Shown piece by piece: positions 31,000 through 40,925 of a DNA stretch of 64,000 bases. A model generated the notes under the pieces. That model saw only the letters and a program-made list of their open reading frames with translations. It made no database searches and was not told where the DNA came from. Within the stretch, counting starts at the first letter, position 1. Each line of letters starts with the position of its first letter. The DNA is from an uncultured Gammaproteobacteria bacterium (GTDB taxonomy: Bacteria > Patescibacteriota > Microgenomatia > JALYQM01). The position numbers and the translations under genes were made by a program. The stretch covers positions 90,054 to 154,053 of the forward strand of contig CAZHTP010000002.1 in NCBI GenBank assembly GCA_964535655.1, given 5' to 3'.

Positions 31000-33350
31000 T
31001 TTTCGTTACTTCCAACCAATTGTAATTCTTTCCAGAGTAGCTGACTTGATTCTTTACCTACAGCATTCACAGAGATTTGCTGCGTTAATTCACGCCATCG
31101 AGTGTGCTCTTCAATTGGTTTATTATCCTTACCAGTCATTTCTTCACTATAGTGAATTGTTCGGCGCCCAGTCGACTCGACAATTATATTCTGCTTTTCA
31201 AACGATTTCGTATCATTCTGGTAATGAATTACGGGCTGTGTAATATACACATATTCTTTTACAAGTTCCCACAGCACGTCATTTACGGCTTCATTTGTCT
31301 CAGAAACGGGAAGGCCAAGTGTTTGTGCTTCAAAATAAACAATTGGATAGTGTGCTGAAGGATATCCCTGAGTTAATTGAGTTATAATCTTTGCAATATC
31401 AGTATCGCTTCTTTTATTTTTTGTACTTAATTTCATTAAGTTTGTACAAATTCGTTGAGTTAGCGCAAATTGGCGTGCAGCGGCGGCAGTTACCAATGGA
31501 TGAAACGGCGATTGTGAAGGATCCATTACTGCAGGTTGATCATCTTTTTGCTTAACAGTTTTAGTGGGTGTTGTTGCTGATGCCTGGAATATCTCACTAA
31601 TTGGCACAGAAGCAGATTCTTCGTTTAGTGCTTTTTGTAAAAGCATATGCGAAAACGTGGTATCAATGGGTGATAAAAATCCAAATGGATTCATTAATAT
31701 TGAATCAGCCGCCAGCGCAAACATTGTTGTTGCCATTGTCGATTCTTCTGGCAATATAACGTGCATTTCTTCACAGAATTCACGGATAAGTGTTGCCATT
31801 CTCCAAACGACCGTACTATCAGTATCCTGGATGAATGGAATAACAAAGAGCGACTTTTTCCTTCCTAATTTTCGTAGGTGGCTATACAGATAGCGCATAT
31901 CCTCCATTGCTAATTTGGCTTGAGCGGCATAAAAAACAAGTACTTTCCCATGAAGTGATTCTTCAAGTCGTTCTATTGCTTCCTGGGTATGTTCCCATGC
32001 TACCGGTGGCTTTCGTTGAGGGGCCATTGCTGCGACAGGTGCTTGTCGGGGAGCCTGTTGTGAACGCCGATCTTCTCGTTGCGGCTGACGCGGTGTTTCA
32101 GATCGAACATTCTCTATTCGTTGTTCAGGTTGTGACCGATCTCCAACCGGCTCCGGTTGCTGATTTCGCGGCGGACGAGCTTGCTGATCTTCTTGTCGTG
32201 GCCGTTGTTCCTCCTGTCGAGTAGGTTGCTCTTGCGGAGGCCTCGGTGGCTGAGTATTTTGTCGTGGTTGCTCTTGTCTTTGTTTCTGCTCTTGTTTTGG
32301 TTGGTCAGGTCTTGTCGGCGCAGATTGGACTGGCTGTTGTGGCTCCGGTTGCTGATTTACTGTCTCTTGAACAGGCATCTCTTGTGGTTGCTGTGTTTGT
32401 TGTTTAGGTTGCTGTGGTGGTGCCGGCTGAACAGCAGATACCGGTTTTTGTTGTTTGGGTGTCGGTGGCGCGGCTTGTTGTTGAGGAGCAGGCTGGACCG
32501 GTTGCGGTTTAGGTGCTTGTTGCTTCGGAGCAGGTGGTCTCTGTGGTGGTTGTGCTGGCTGTTGTTGAGGCATTGGTTGTTTGAACACCGAGTCAAGTGA
32601 AGGCAATGAGGGCGGTTGATTTGATGCGGCGGCTGCCATTGGTTGATTAAGCGGTGGTAATCGCTGACCGCCTGCAGGTGCGGGTGCAGACATACTTGGC
32701 GTATTTAATGGTGGCAGCCCAGGTGCGCTATTAGCTCCCTCAGGAGCATCAAATTGCAAACCACTACTCTTAAGTAAGTCGTCCAAACTTGGTAGATCGA
32801 AATTATCGTTGGGGGCATTGACTTGACCTTGCTTACTAAACGGCAACGGTGGAACTTGGCTTTGTACGGCCTGAGGAAGAGGCGCTGGTGCGGGAGAATT
32901 TTGTAGTGTAGGTGGGATCGGTGTTGCCGTCGCCTGTTCGGCCGCGGGAGATACCCCGTTAGTATAACTCTCCCACGCTAAGTCGGTTATACGTTTATAA
33001 ATCAGGTCAAAAGGGGATTTACGCATCTCTCCCTTAAGCCGCTGATAGCTCGTCATTGTTACAGTATTGTTCCCCATGGAGTCAACTACACTTAATGTTA
33101 CATCAGGAACATTTGGGGATGCCCCCGAATCATGAATTATATTAGGCAATTGAAAAAAACCAGTCTCCCTGCAATATTGGAGAGTTCCCATAACTTTATT
33201 ACGATCAATTTGCCGTTCTACAATATCTGTATCAGATTCAAAAATAAGCATTCGTCCGTTGTCGTAAATCTCAACATCGCCAGCACGAGAATTTGGCGGT
33301 AAAAGGCCACCACTCATTTTTACTAGTATTGCTAGATTTGAAACTGGCAT
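30996..33350 (-). CDS. Pro/Gln-rich protein with a C-terminal degenerate ClpP/SDH_sah-like domain
   Basis: Long P/Q/R low-complexity linker; ALAADSILM..LSPID and H.YPI...EA..LGL motifs; start moved off the tRNA. Confidence 0.7.
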   Translation of the reverse strand: MPVSNLAILVKMSGGLLPPNSRAGDVEIYDNGRMLIFESDTDIVERQIDRNKVMGTLQYCRETGFFQLPNIIHDSGASPNVPDVTLSVVDSMGNNTVTMTSYQRLKGEMRKSPFDLIYKRITDLAWESYTNGVSPAAEQATATPIPPTLQNSPAPAPLPQAVQSQVPPLPFSKQGQVNAPNDNFDLPSLDDLLKSSGLQFDAPEGANSAPGLPPLNTPSMSAPAPAGGQRLPPLNQPMAAAASNQPPSLPSLDSVFKQPMPQQQPAQPPQRPPAPKQQAPKPQPVQPAPQQQAAPPTPKQQKPVSAVQPAPPQQPKQQTQQPQEMPVQETVNQQPEPQQPVQSAPTRPDQPKQEQKQRQEQPRQNTQPPRPPQEQPTRQEEQRPRQEDQQARPPRNQQPEPVGDRSQPEQRIENVRSETPRQPQREDRRSQQAPRQAPVAAMAPQRKPPVAWEHTQEAIERLEESLHGKVLVFYAAQAKLAMEDMRYLYSHLRKLGRKKSLFVIPFIQDTDSTVVWRMATLIREFCEEMHVILPEESTMATTMFALAADSILMNPFGFLSPIDTTFSHMLLQKALNEESASVPISEIFQASATTPTKTVKQKDDQPAVMDPSQSPFHPLVTAAAARQFALTQRICTNLMKLSTKNKRSDTDIAKIITQLTQGYPSAHYPIVYFEAQTLGLPVSETNEAVNDVLWELVKEYVYITQPVIHYQNDTKSFEKQNIIVESTGRRTIHYSEEMTGKDNKPIEEHTRWRELTQQISVNAVGKESSQLLWKELQLVGSNEN

Positions 33351-33476
33351 ATAAAAAGAGTGTATCCAAGATCGACATCTCTTGTCAATTGACCGCTGCC
33401 AGTGATACAGTATCCTAATCCAAGCGTAGACGGGTGTATATATCTCTGATATAATCATCACCGAGGAAATAGCAAT

Positions 33477-33548
33477 GGGTCGGTAGCTCAATGGTAGAGC
33501 AGCAGCCTTTTAAGCTGTTGGTTCTGGGTTCGAATCCCAGCCGACCCA
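33477..33548 (+). tRNA. tRNA-Lys(TTT)
   Basis: GGGTCGG..CCGACCC; GCAGC-CTTTTAA-GCTGT. Confidence 0.95.
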
Positions 33549-33600
33549 CACTATACAGTTTTTCACCTTCAATACTTGCATCATCTGTTAAAATATATTC

Positions 33601-34260
33601 ATGATAATAAATAAAAATAAGGTCATTACTATCCCTAAGGGTTTACGTGATTCGGATAATTCTTTCATTTGCCCGTGCCCAGTATGTGTCGAAAAAATGT
33701 ATGCCGAAAAAAACGAACGTGCACAGATCGAACAAGCGAAAAGCATAATCTCAAATATTTTTGAAACTTCTTCGTTAAACGTTAACGATTTACAGATCAA
33801 TGTAGCGTATGCCGACGAAATACCGATTAAACATCGCCATAGCACTCGCAGTGAACTTAAAAGCGCACAATCTGGCGTAAAAATGATTGCTACTTTTACA
33901 GCACAGTTCAATAAGAAATATCGCCATCCATTAATTTGTAAATTAAATCAGTTAGCTGAAGATTTACAGGTAGATTTAGACGACTATAATACTATGGTCG
34001 AATATGGTGATCTTATTGAAAGTCGACTATGGAAATTTGAAAGCATTGCAAAAGATTTTGAAGAGTTGCGAAATATTCTTTTTGAAGTAAATTCAGAAAA
34101 TTTTCTTGAAATAGAAAGAGTGCAAACAATACTTATTAAAATAAATGAAATTAGTAAAGAAAATAAACTACAGTTAAAAAAGCTATTTATTAAGGCGTTA
34201 AAAATTCCGGAATTTGAGCCACATTGCACTGCCGAAGATTTTCGATTAACCTATTACTAA
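33601..34260 (+). CDS. Hypothetical protein (CPCPVC motif)
   Basis: 219-aa ORF coupled to the next gene. Confidence 0.6.
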   Translation: MIINKNKVITIPKGLRDSDNSFICPCPVCVEKMYAEKNERAQIEQAKSIISNIFETSSLNVNDLQINVAYADEIPIKHRHSTRSELKSAQSGVKMIATFTAQFNKKYRHPLICKLNQLAEDLQVDLDDYNTMVEYGDLIESRLWKFESIAKDFEELRNILFEVNSENFLEIERVQTILIKINEISKENKLQLKKLFIKALKIPEFEPHCTAEDFRLTYY

Positions 34261-34261
34261 T

Positions 34262-34714
34262 ATGAAACGTCTCCTAACACTAATCTTGCTGTGCGTCGGC
34301 GTTCTCGCTTTTATAGTATGGTCCTATCAGCGTAAAGAAGTTATTGGTAAAAAATATCTCAAAATTAATAATGTTGAAGTAATAGTTGAGTTAGCTCGCT
34401 CCGACGCGGAAAGAGCAAAAGGTCTTGGGTACCGGGATTCTTTGCCCGAAAATACTGGAATGCTTTTTGTTTTTAATGATCCAAAGCGCTGGGATTTTTG
34501 GATGGAAGGAATGCGTTTTGGTCTGGATTTCCTTTGGATAGAAAATGAAAGGGTAGTCGACATTACCGAGAGTGTTCCACCACCAAGCGAAACTGGAAAT
34601 GTTCCTGTATTTGTCCGGCCAAGAGCTGAAGTTCATTATGTTCTTGAAGTTAATAAAGGTTGGATTCAGCGACACGGACTGGCCATCGGAGATCGAGTGG
34701 AATTTCACATCTAG
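34262..34714 (+). CDS. DUF192 family protein
   Basis: VELA....RAKGL..R, GMLFVF, FWM, YVLEVN.G. Confidence 0.88.
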   Translation: MKRLLTLILLCVGVLAFIVWSYQRKEVIGKKYLKINNVEVIVELARSDAERAKGLGYRDSLPENTGMLFVFNDPKRWDFWMEGMRFGLDFLWIENERVVDITESVPPPSETGNVPVFVRPRAEVHYVLEVNKGWIQRHGLAIGDRVEFHI

Positions 34715-34918
34715 CGTAGGGCATGGTACAACTATCGTCCTTGAGGAGGCGCACGATGGCAAACTTATTAGCAGCAATATTGTGTTCTTTATTGGATGGA
34801 CATCCACTCTATGGGGGCTCCCTGCATTAAAATCACTTTTAAAAGGTGCTTCTAAATCTCAATAGCCATTTACAGTCTCTCCCAACTACTTCTATAATAA
34901 GTATCACGGAGATACGCA

Positions 34919-36556
34919 ATGTTTGAACGTCCTATAGTTAAAATAACATTTGTTGTAAATACAAATGTATCTGTATCTTCACGAGATCTCGTGGAGGTGC
35001 GTAGTCTTTATGGAGAACTAAATCCCATTGATTCTGGTTCCTATTTTGAGACACTGCTGATTAACCGTTGGACAAAAGAAAAAATCTCTTACGATAAATT
35101 CTCTCAAAGCTATTACTATTCTTCAATTAATGATTCGTACAAGAAACTACCAGTTTCCCAGTATTTGCAGAGTCTTTCAATATGCACTCCTGAAATCATT
35201 ACGCGAATCATGAGTAAAGTTGAATCTATACGTAGGGAACATCCTTCTGCACAGCAAGTTGTCTTAACGCTTAGTATGAATAATGAACTAAGTGTCAATT
35301 CATTTATTGCTAACACTGATCGAATACTGCATTTTTCTCGAAGTAAAAACGACTTACAGGAAATACGTACTGGCAGCAAGAATGGCTCCGGTGTTGCGTT
35401 AGGTATGTATAAGCGAATATATAAAAAATCGGATACCTTTAGATTAGCAAAAAATACTATTATTGCGGGACCGTACGAAATTGTTAAAAACTGTGCTGAC
35501 AAACGAATTATTGGTCTCATTGTAATCCATGACGCAAAGCATCCCCACCAACACCTATCATTTTCAGGACCAAAAATAACCATCGACAGTAAATCTCTTA
35601 AAGGTCTTAAAGATGGAACCATTATCTCTCTAAATACAAGTAAAGGGGAGATTATACGTATAGGAAAAGTTCCTTCACCCAACAAACCAAAAAAGATAAC
35701 GCATAACGTATTTTATGAAGATTTTTCAATTCAAAATGGAAAATCAATCCAAGAGGCAAAAGGATATAGTTTTCTCAATGGAATGGAGTTGGTAAGGTCA
35801 ATTTTAAAGAATCATACGTCTGGTAGTTATACAGATGCCTTAGTTCATTATTTTATTCATGATCTAAAACTTAAGCCCGAAAAACCACTTCTGTATCAAT
35901 CATTATGTGTTAGTTCAGGATCTAAACATATTTTTGGAAAATCAGGTGGCCAGTATATTAGAGAAAACCCAGATTTTTTTATTGAAGAATTGGCGGCACT
36001 GCACAGGTTATTGTACATATATAATTTTATAGATATCACTCTCACACTTCCTTTTATTCGAACAGTTAAAGAACTCGAAGATGTTAAAAAACTAGTTATT
36101 CGTGAAAAACTGACAAGGTCGCATAAATTTAAACTCTTTATTACTCTTCAAGTACCATCTACAATTTTACAGTTAGAGGAGTATTTAGATGTCGGAATAG
36201 ATGGACTAATTATCGACCTGCAATGTCTTACTGACTTAACTTTAGGGATTGATTCACACGTATTTAAAAAGGATTACAAAAAAGCAGAGCATTCATATGC
36301 TTTTATGCAAGAGATCTATCAAAAAAATGATGGGGCTGGAGTAATCCAATTAAAGTATCTTGAAACAAATGGCATTACACTGGATTCAGCGATACAAAAA
36401 ATGATAAATCACTGCAATGAAGTGGCATCACGCAGAAGAATACCCTTGTTTGTATATATCCCTGATAGTTTTGAAGAAGAAGTTGAACAGGAAATTAAGA
36501 AGCAAACGCATCCCTTCGTTCCTCATAAGCTGGTGATCCATAGCCAGCATGTCTAA
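34919..36556 (+). CDS. Degenerate PEP synthase/PEP-utilising-like protein
   Basis: Swivel-like LKDG.IISLN.SKGEI and barrel-like PFIRTV.E, LQVPS, DG....L..LTLGID; catalytic motifs altered. Confidence 0.6.
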   Translation: MFERPIVKITFVVNTNVSVSSRDLVEVRSLYGELNPIDSGSYFETLLINRWTKEKISYDKFSQSYYYSSINDSYKKLPVSQYLQSLSICTPEIITRIMSKVESIRREHPSAQQVVLTLSMNNELSVNSFIANTDRILHFSRSKNDLQEIRTGSKNGSGVALGMYKRIYKKSDTFRLAKNTIIAGPYEIVKNCADKRIIGLIVIHDAKHPHQHLSFSGPKITIDSKSLKGLKDGTIISLNTSKGEIIRIGKVPSPNKPKKITHNVFYEDFSIQNGKSIQEAKGYSFLNGMELVRSILKNHTSGSYTDALVHYFIHDLKLKPEKPLLYQSLCVSSGSKHIFGKSGGQYIRENPDFFIEELAALHRLLYIYNFIDITLTLPFIRTVKELEDVKKLVIREKLTRSHKFKLFITLQVPSTILQLEEYLDVGIDGLIIDLQCLTDLTLGIDSHVFKKDYKKAEHSYAFMQEIYQKNDGAGVIQLKYLETNGITLDSAIQKMINHCNEVASRRRIPLFVYIPDSFEEEVEQEIKKQTHPFVPHKLVIHSQHV

Positions 36557-36562
36557 AATATT

Positions 36563-37684
36563 ATGTATAAAATTGAAAAACTTACTGCTACTAAAATCCA
36601 ACACGGCCATAAACTGCAGCTAAATGTTGCGATTAAACTGGATAACGGTCTTCTAGTCCAAGGTGATATACCAGTATATAGTTCTAATCCCGAGGGAGAT
36701 ATCACTAAAGCCCTTGGCTTAATAAATGACATTATTGCGCAAATATTTGATGGAATAAATCCATTGCATCAAAAAGAACTCGATAAAATGCTTACAGAGT
36801 TAACCACCGTACACAATCAGGATGTTCTCGCGATAAATATTTCTTTAGGAATCTCTCTTATCCTACTAAAGGCTGCCGCTGCTTTACATAATAAACCGGT
36901 GCGGACATATCTCCAAACGATATACAGTTTAAAACAACCGTCAAGCAGGCGGATAGTGCCTGTTTTCAAATGTATAGCAGATAAAAGAGAACAAGGCCAA
37001 TTCAAAGAATTTTCAATTATACCGTCGCGAGCGTTTAGTATTGCCAAAGATTTTGAAATTTTTCGAAAAGTTAAGGCCGCCCTCGATGCAGAAATCAATA
37101 CTCCATCTGAGGTAATGAATACAGTACAACTTGAGATATTGCAAAATAAGATTTCTGAACTGGGATATACGCCTCATCGCGATATTTTTATTGGCATTAA
37201 GCCAGAATTATGTCAGGTAGCAGATAGTGAGTTTATCTGTAATGATATGGTAGGAAACGCGACACAAGATCAAATAATAGAATATTTTAGAGAGATCCAA
37301 ACGTTGTATGCCCCACTCATTACTGAAAACCCTTTCATTTATCACACGTTTAGTCCATACGCTGCGTTACATAAAGAAATTGGGGAGCAATCAATTCTCA
37401 CACTGAATACGGATATTATTAATAGTGCACATAAATGTAAGTATTTTGCTTCACTGATGCCAGGATCTATGCTTGCACTATATCCACCAAGTATCAAAAC
37501 AGTATCGCACTGTATTGAGTTAATCAAATTAGCCGAAGGAAATGATCTAAAAATAATGGTAGATACAAGTGGAATAAAAGGGAGCACTACGTTATCGGCT
37601 ATTGCCGAAGCCTTTGCTTGTGATTTTATCAAAATCGATTCGTGTACCGAGCAAGCAGAAAAGGAATTTTCTTATGTTGAATAA
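36563..37684 (+). CDS. Degenerate enolase-like protein
   Basis: Enolase-like layout (Q.ELD.ML, N...GISL..LKAAA, QFKEFSIIP, ENPF, FIKID) with catalytic motifs lost. Confidence 0.65.
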   Translation: MYKIEKLTATKIQHGHKLQLNVAIKLDNGLLVQGDIPVYSSNPEGDITKALGLINDIIAQIFDGINPLHQKELDKMLTELTTVHNQDVLAINISLGISLILLKAAAALHNKPVRTYLQTIYSLKQPSSRRIVPVFKCIADKREQGQFKEFSIIPSRAFSIAKDFEIFRKVKAALDAEINTPSEVMNTVQLEILQNKISELGYTPHRDIFIGIKPELCQVADSEFICNDMVGNATQDQIIEYFREIQTLYAPLITENPFIYHTFSPYAALHKEIGEQSILTLNTDIINSAHKCKYFASLMPGSMLALYPPSIKTVSHCIELIKLAEGNDLKIMVDTSGIKGSTTLSAIAEAFACDFIKIDSCTEQAEKEFSYVE

Positions 37685-39251
37685 ACCTGTTAAACCGGTT
37701 GTATTACTCATTTTTGATGGCTTTGGCATCGCTCCTCCCAGTAATAGCAATGCGATAAGTTTAGCAAAAATGCCTAACTACCATAATTTTTCGGCGCGCT
37801 TCCCTCATGGTCGACTTCAAGCCAGTGGAACAGCAGTTGGTTTAACTCCCGGAGAAGTAGGGTCAACAGAGGTGGGGCATTTAAATCTCGGTGCGGGAAG
37901 AGTTGTTTATCAAGATTTACCTCGAATTAACATGTCAATTTCAGAGGGGACATTCCTCTCAATCCCGGCTCTGGTAAGCGCCGCTACTCATGCCAAAGAG
38001 AATAATTCTAATTTACATCTTATGGGGCTTGTTAGCAACGGAAATGTGCATGCTTCAATCGAACATCTGTATGCGTTAATGTGGTTTGCCAGGCAGCAAG
38101 GTATGCGATCCGATCAATTAAAAATTCATGCATTCCTTGATGGTCGCGATACCGCACCTACAGCAGGTGCAATGTTCTTGGCCGAAGTCGAGCAAAAAAT
38201 TCAAGAACTACAGATTGGACAAATTGCAAGTTTGGCAGGGCGCTACTATGCCATGGATAGAGATAACCGTTGGGATCGTATCGAAAAAGCATATAAGGCA
38301 TTAGTGTTTGCTCAGGGAGATACGGCACATTCTTCGCAGGAAGCGATTCAAAATAGTTATAAAAAAAATACGACGGATGAATTTGTCGTACCAACGATCA
38401 TCTTAGACGCAAATAATCAGCCAGTTGGTCAAATTAAAGATAATGACGCTGTAATATTTTTTAATTTTCGCTCTGACAGGCCTCGCGAATTAACGAGGGC
38501 CTTTGTCCTGGGTAATTTTAATTCTTCAGAAAAACCCACATTTGATCGCGGGAAGAGATTAGATAACGTATGCTTTGTAACTATGACTGAATATGATCGT
38601 GATGTACCAGTAAGCGGCATTGCTTTTCCGCAGGAAAAAGTAAATATGCCGCTTGCTCGAGTTCTCTCTAGTCACGATATGCGCCATTTACATATCGCAG
38701 AAACAGAAAAAGAGCGGTTTACTACTTTCTTCTTTAACGGTATGCGTGAAGATCCATTCCCCGGTGAAGAACGAATTTTTATACCCTCACCAAAAATCCC
38801 CACGTATGATCTAAAGCCAGAGATGTCCAGCTTTGAAATAACAGATACCATTCTAAAGAAATTGTCTCAGCAATCTTTTGATTTTGCCGTCATCAACTTT
38901 GCTGCTACAGACATGGTTGCGCATACAGGAAAATTAGAAGCAGCTATCAAATCATGTGAAGCTCTGGATATTTGTCTTGGAAAAATAGTTAATGCGGTAC
39001 TAATGGCTGGTGGTGCCGTAGTTCTTACTGCCGACCATGGAAATGTAGAAAAATTAATCGACGAAAATGGTGGACCTGATCCGGAACACACCAATAATCC
39101 TGTTCCTCTCTTAGTTTGCGCAGAAGGATTAACCAGTATGCAAATCCCCTATGGCATACTTGCCGATGTTGCCCCGACTATTCTTGCGTTAATGGGAATA
39201 CAAAAACCCTCAGAAATGACTGGACGAAATTTGTTACCTCAAATTCACTAA
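37674..39251 (+). CDS. gpmI: 2,3-BPG-independent phosphoglycerate mutase
   Basis: LIFDGFG, GSTEVGH, DGRD, GRYYAMDRD, DMVAHTG, TADHGN. Confidence 0.95.
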   Translation: MLNKPVKPVVLLIFDGFGIAPPSNSNAISLAKMPNYHNFSARFPHGRLQASGTAVGLTPGEVGSTEVGHLNLGAGRVVYQDLPRINMSISEGTFLSIPALVSAATHAKENNSNLHLMGLVSNGNVHASIEHLYALMWFARQQGMRSDQLKIHAFLDGRDTAPTAGAMFLAEVEQKIQELQIGQIASLAGRYYAMDRDNRWDRIEKAYKALVFAQGDTAHSSQEAIQNSYKKNTTDEFVVPTIILDANNQPVGQIKDNDAVIFFNFRSDRPRELTRAFVLGNFNSSEKPTFDRGKRLDNVCFVTMTEYDRDVPVSGIAFPQEKVNMPLARVLSSHDMRHLHIAETEKERFTTFFFNGMREDPFPGEERIFIPSPKIPTYDLKPEMSSFEITDTILKKLSQQSFDFAVINFAATDMVAHTGKLEAAIKSCEALDICLGKIVNAVLMAGGAVVLTADHGNVEKLIDENGGPDPEHTNNPVPLLVCAEGLTSMQIPYGILADVAPTILALMGIQKPSEMTGRNLLPQIH

Positions 39252-39296
39252 AACTTGACAGGTACTTTTGAATAGTTCACAGTATATGCAGTAAAC

Positions 39297-39422
39297 ATGT
39301 TAGACTTTCTGCTTCGTCTCTATCGTTTTGCAACAGATACTTGCTACTTCTGTGGGAGGGCAACCGAAGAATATAGCTGGAATAAAGTCTATTGTAGTAA
39401 GTGTAATCGAAAGAGTTACTAA
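39297..39422 (+). CDS. 41-aa zinc-ribbon microprotein
   Basis: MLDFLLRLYRFATDTCYFCGRATEEYSWNKVYCSKCNRKSY; TTGACA upstream. Confidence 0.5.
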   Translation: MLDFLLRLYRFATDTCYFCGRATEEYSWNKVYCSKCNRKSY

Positions 39423-39548
39423 TGATTAAAACTACTGCCAATATCTTACTATTCTTTGCAATACTACCACTCGTTATGCTTTTACGAATGGTAGTTCCAA
39501 ATACCGAAGAATAAAAAAACTCTTGTACGCAAAAAAAGAGCCCTTCTT

Positions 39549-40166
39549 TTATTGGTATTTACGTATTACTCCCACAACTTTACCTTGAATTTGTACATCG
39601 GTCGCATAAATAGGTTGCATCGTACTATTAGCTGGTTCAAGTCTAATCCTTGTTGGCTCTTTATAAAATCTCTTTAATGTTGCAAGTCCATTCTCAAGGA
39701 GTGCCACCACAATTTCACCGTTTCGCGCAGTTTCTTGTCTTTCAATAATGACAAAATCTCCATCTAAAATACCATCTTCAATCATCGATTCACCTTTAAC
39801 TTGCAAAACATAGGTAGGTTTCTTACCGGAAATCATCCCAGAGCTAACTGTCATAGCGGCATTTGGATCCGTAAAAGTTGCAATAGGTTGACCAGCTGCA
39901 ATATACCCAAGGATCGGCAGTTCAACACCTTCAAGCATATTTCCCATTTTCTTTTCAAGCACTTCTATCCCACGCACCATACCTTCGTATTTACGAATTA
40001 ACTTTTTCTTTGTTAAAGCCTGCAAGTGTTCATGTACTGTTGCAAGAGATTTAACATTTATTGCATCGGCAATTTCCTGAAGAGTAGGTGAGTAGCCATT
40101 CTTTTGAATATATTGTGAAATAAAATCTAGTATCTGACGCTGCTTTCGGTATACTATAACGGGCAT
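39549..40166 (-). CDS. lexA: SOS repressor LexA
   Basis: wHTH (PTLQEIA), IAAG cleavage site, GESM, ATLKR. Confidence 0.96.
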   Translation of the reverse strand: MPVIVYRKQRQILDFISQYIQKNGYSPTLQEIADAINVKSLATVHEHLQALTKKKLIRKYEGMVRGIEVLEKKMGNMLEGVELPILGYIAAGQPIATFTDPNAAMTVSSGMISGKKPTYVLQVKGESMIEDGILDGDFVIIERQETARNGEIVVALLENGLATLKRFYKEPTRIRLEPANSTMQPIYATDVQIQGKVVGVIRKYQ

Positions 40167-40209
40167 GGTATCCTCCTGCTCTTTATAAAGTAATAATTAA
40201 AAATTCACT

Positions 40210-40279
40210 TTCGGTATATCCCTATTAAACCCGAAAGCTTCGGGTTTTGTCAACAACATATATTTGGGTTTTTAACGGG
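40210..40279. promoter_or_regulatory. lexA promoter with candidate LexA boxes
   Basis: TTCGG-N6-TAGGG (minus strand, 40220-40235); TTGGG-N6-ACGGG (40264-40279); TTGACA on minus strand at 40248-40253. Confidence 0.55.
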
Positions 40280-40386
40280 TATACTATCAAAAGTAAACCT
40301 AAAATAGAATTAAGCAGTCAATTGTACAATTTAAGTAGTGTGTTATAATAACACTATAATTATTTATATAAGGAAGTAGTAGATAT

Positions 40387-40812
40387 ATGAGAATTACAGC
40401 CGGTATTGTAGGTGTACTTCTTATCTTAGCAATAGTTTATTTTATCCTACCAGTAGGGGTAAAAAGAGTTGTTAACCCTTTTTATAAAAACACTACAACC
40501 GCTACCCGAACCTCCCCAGCTCCATCATCGCGTGCAGCAGTTTCCTCCGATGCCCCCGACCTATTTGTTAATGCAACCACAACACCACGGGCGTCTGCAA
40601 CAGCAATCGCTTTAGCATCAACAAAAGCTACTGCAACACCACGAGCAAGTGCAAGTGTTGACCCGTTTGCAACAGCATCTCCAAACGGAACAAGAGTAGC
40701 CGGATTACCTGGAACCGGTGATGAAGAAAGAAATCCAGAATTTTTAGTTATAGAGTTACTCGCAAGTGTGCTCGTCATTATGTTCGGGTATAAACTAAGT
40801 AAACATCTCTAA
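40387..40812 (+). CDS. Thr/Ala-rich surface protein with LPxTG-like sorting signal
   Basis: N-terminal TM; LPGTG, TM and basic tail at the C-terminus. Confidence 0.65.
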   Translation: MRITAGIVGVLLILAIVYFILPVGVKRVVNPFYKNTTTATRTSPAPSSRAAVSSDAPDLFVNATTTPRASATAIALASTKATATPRASASVDPFATASPNGTRVAGLPGTGDEERNPEFLVIELLASVLVIMFGYKLSKHL

Positions 40813-40896
40813 ATTCCTCTCAAACTTACATTCACACCATACTATATACTAGGACATGCAACTTGCCCCACAGCTAAAACCAGAATGATCTAGATT

Positions 40897-40919
40897 TTCG
40901 GTTTTTATTGGGTTACAAT
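40897..40919 (+). promoter_or_regulatory. Candidate LexA box and -10 element of uvrB
   Basis: TTCGG-TTTTTA-TTGGG then TACAAT, 6 nt before the ATG. Confidence 0.6.
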
Positions 40920-40925
40920 ATCCTA

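Noticed and set aside
32000-32950. CRISPR array or tandem DNA repeat
   Set aside because: Repetition is Pro/Gln codon low complexity; no fixed repeat-spacer period seen anywhere in the window
33549-34260. Island at tRNA-Lys(TTT)
   Set aside because: No integrase, integrase remnant or repeated tRNA 3' core found nearby
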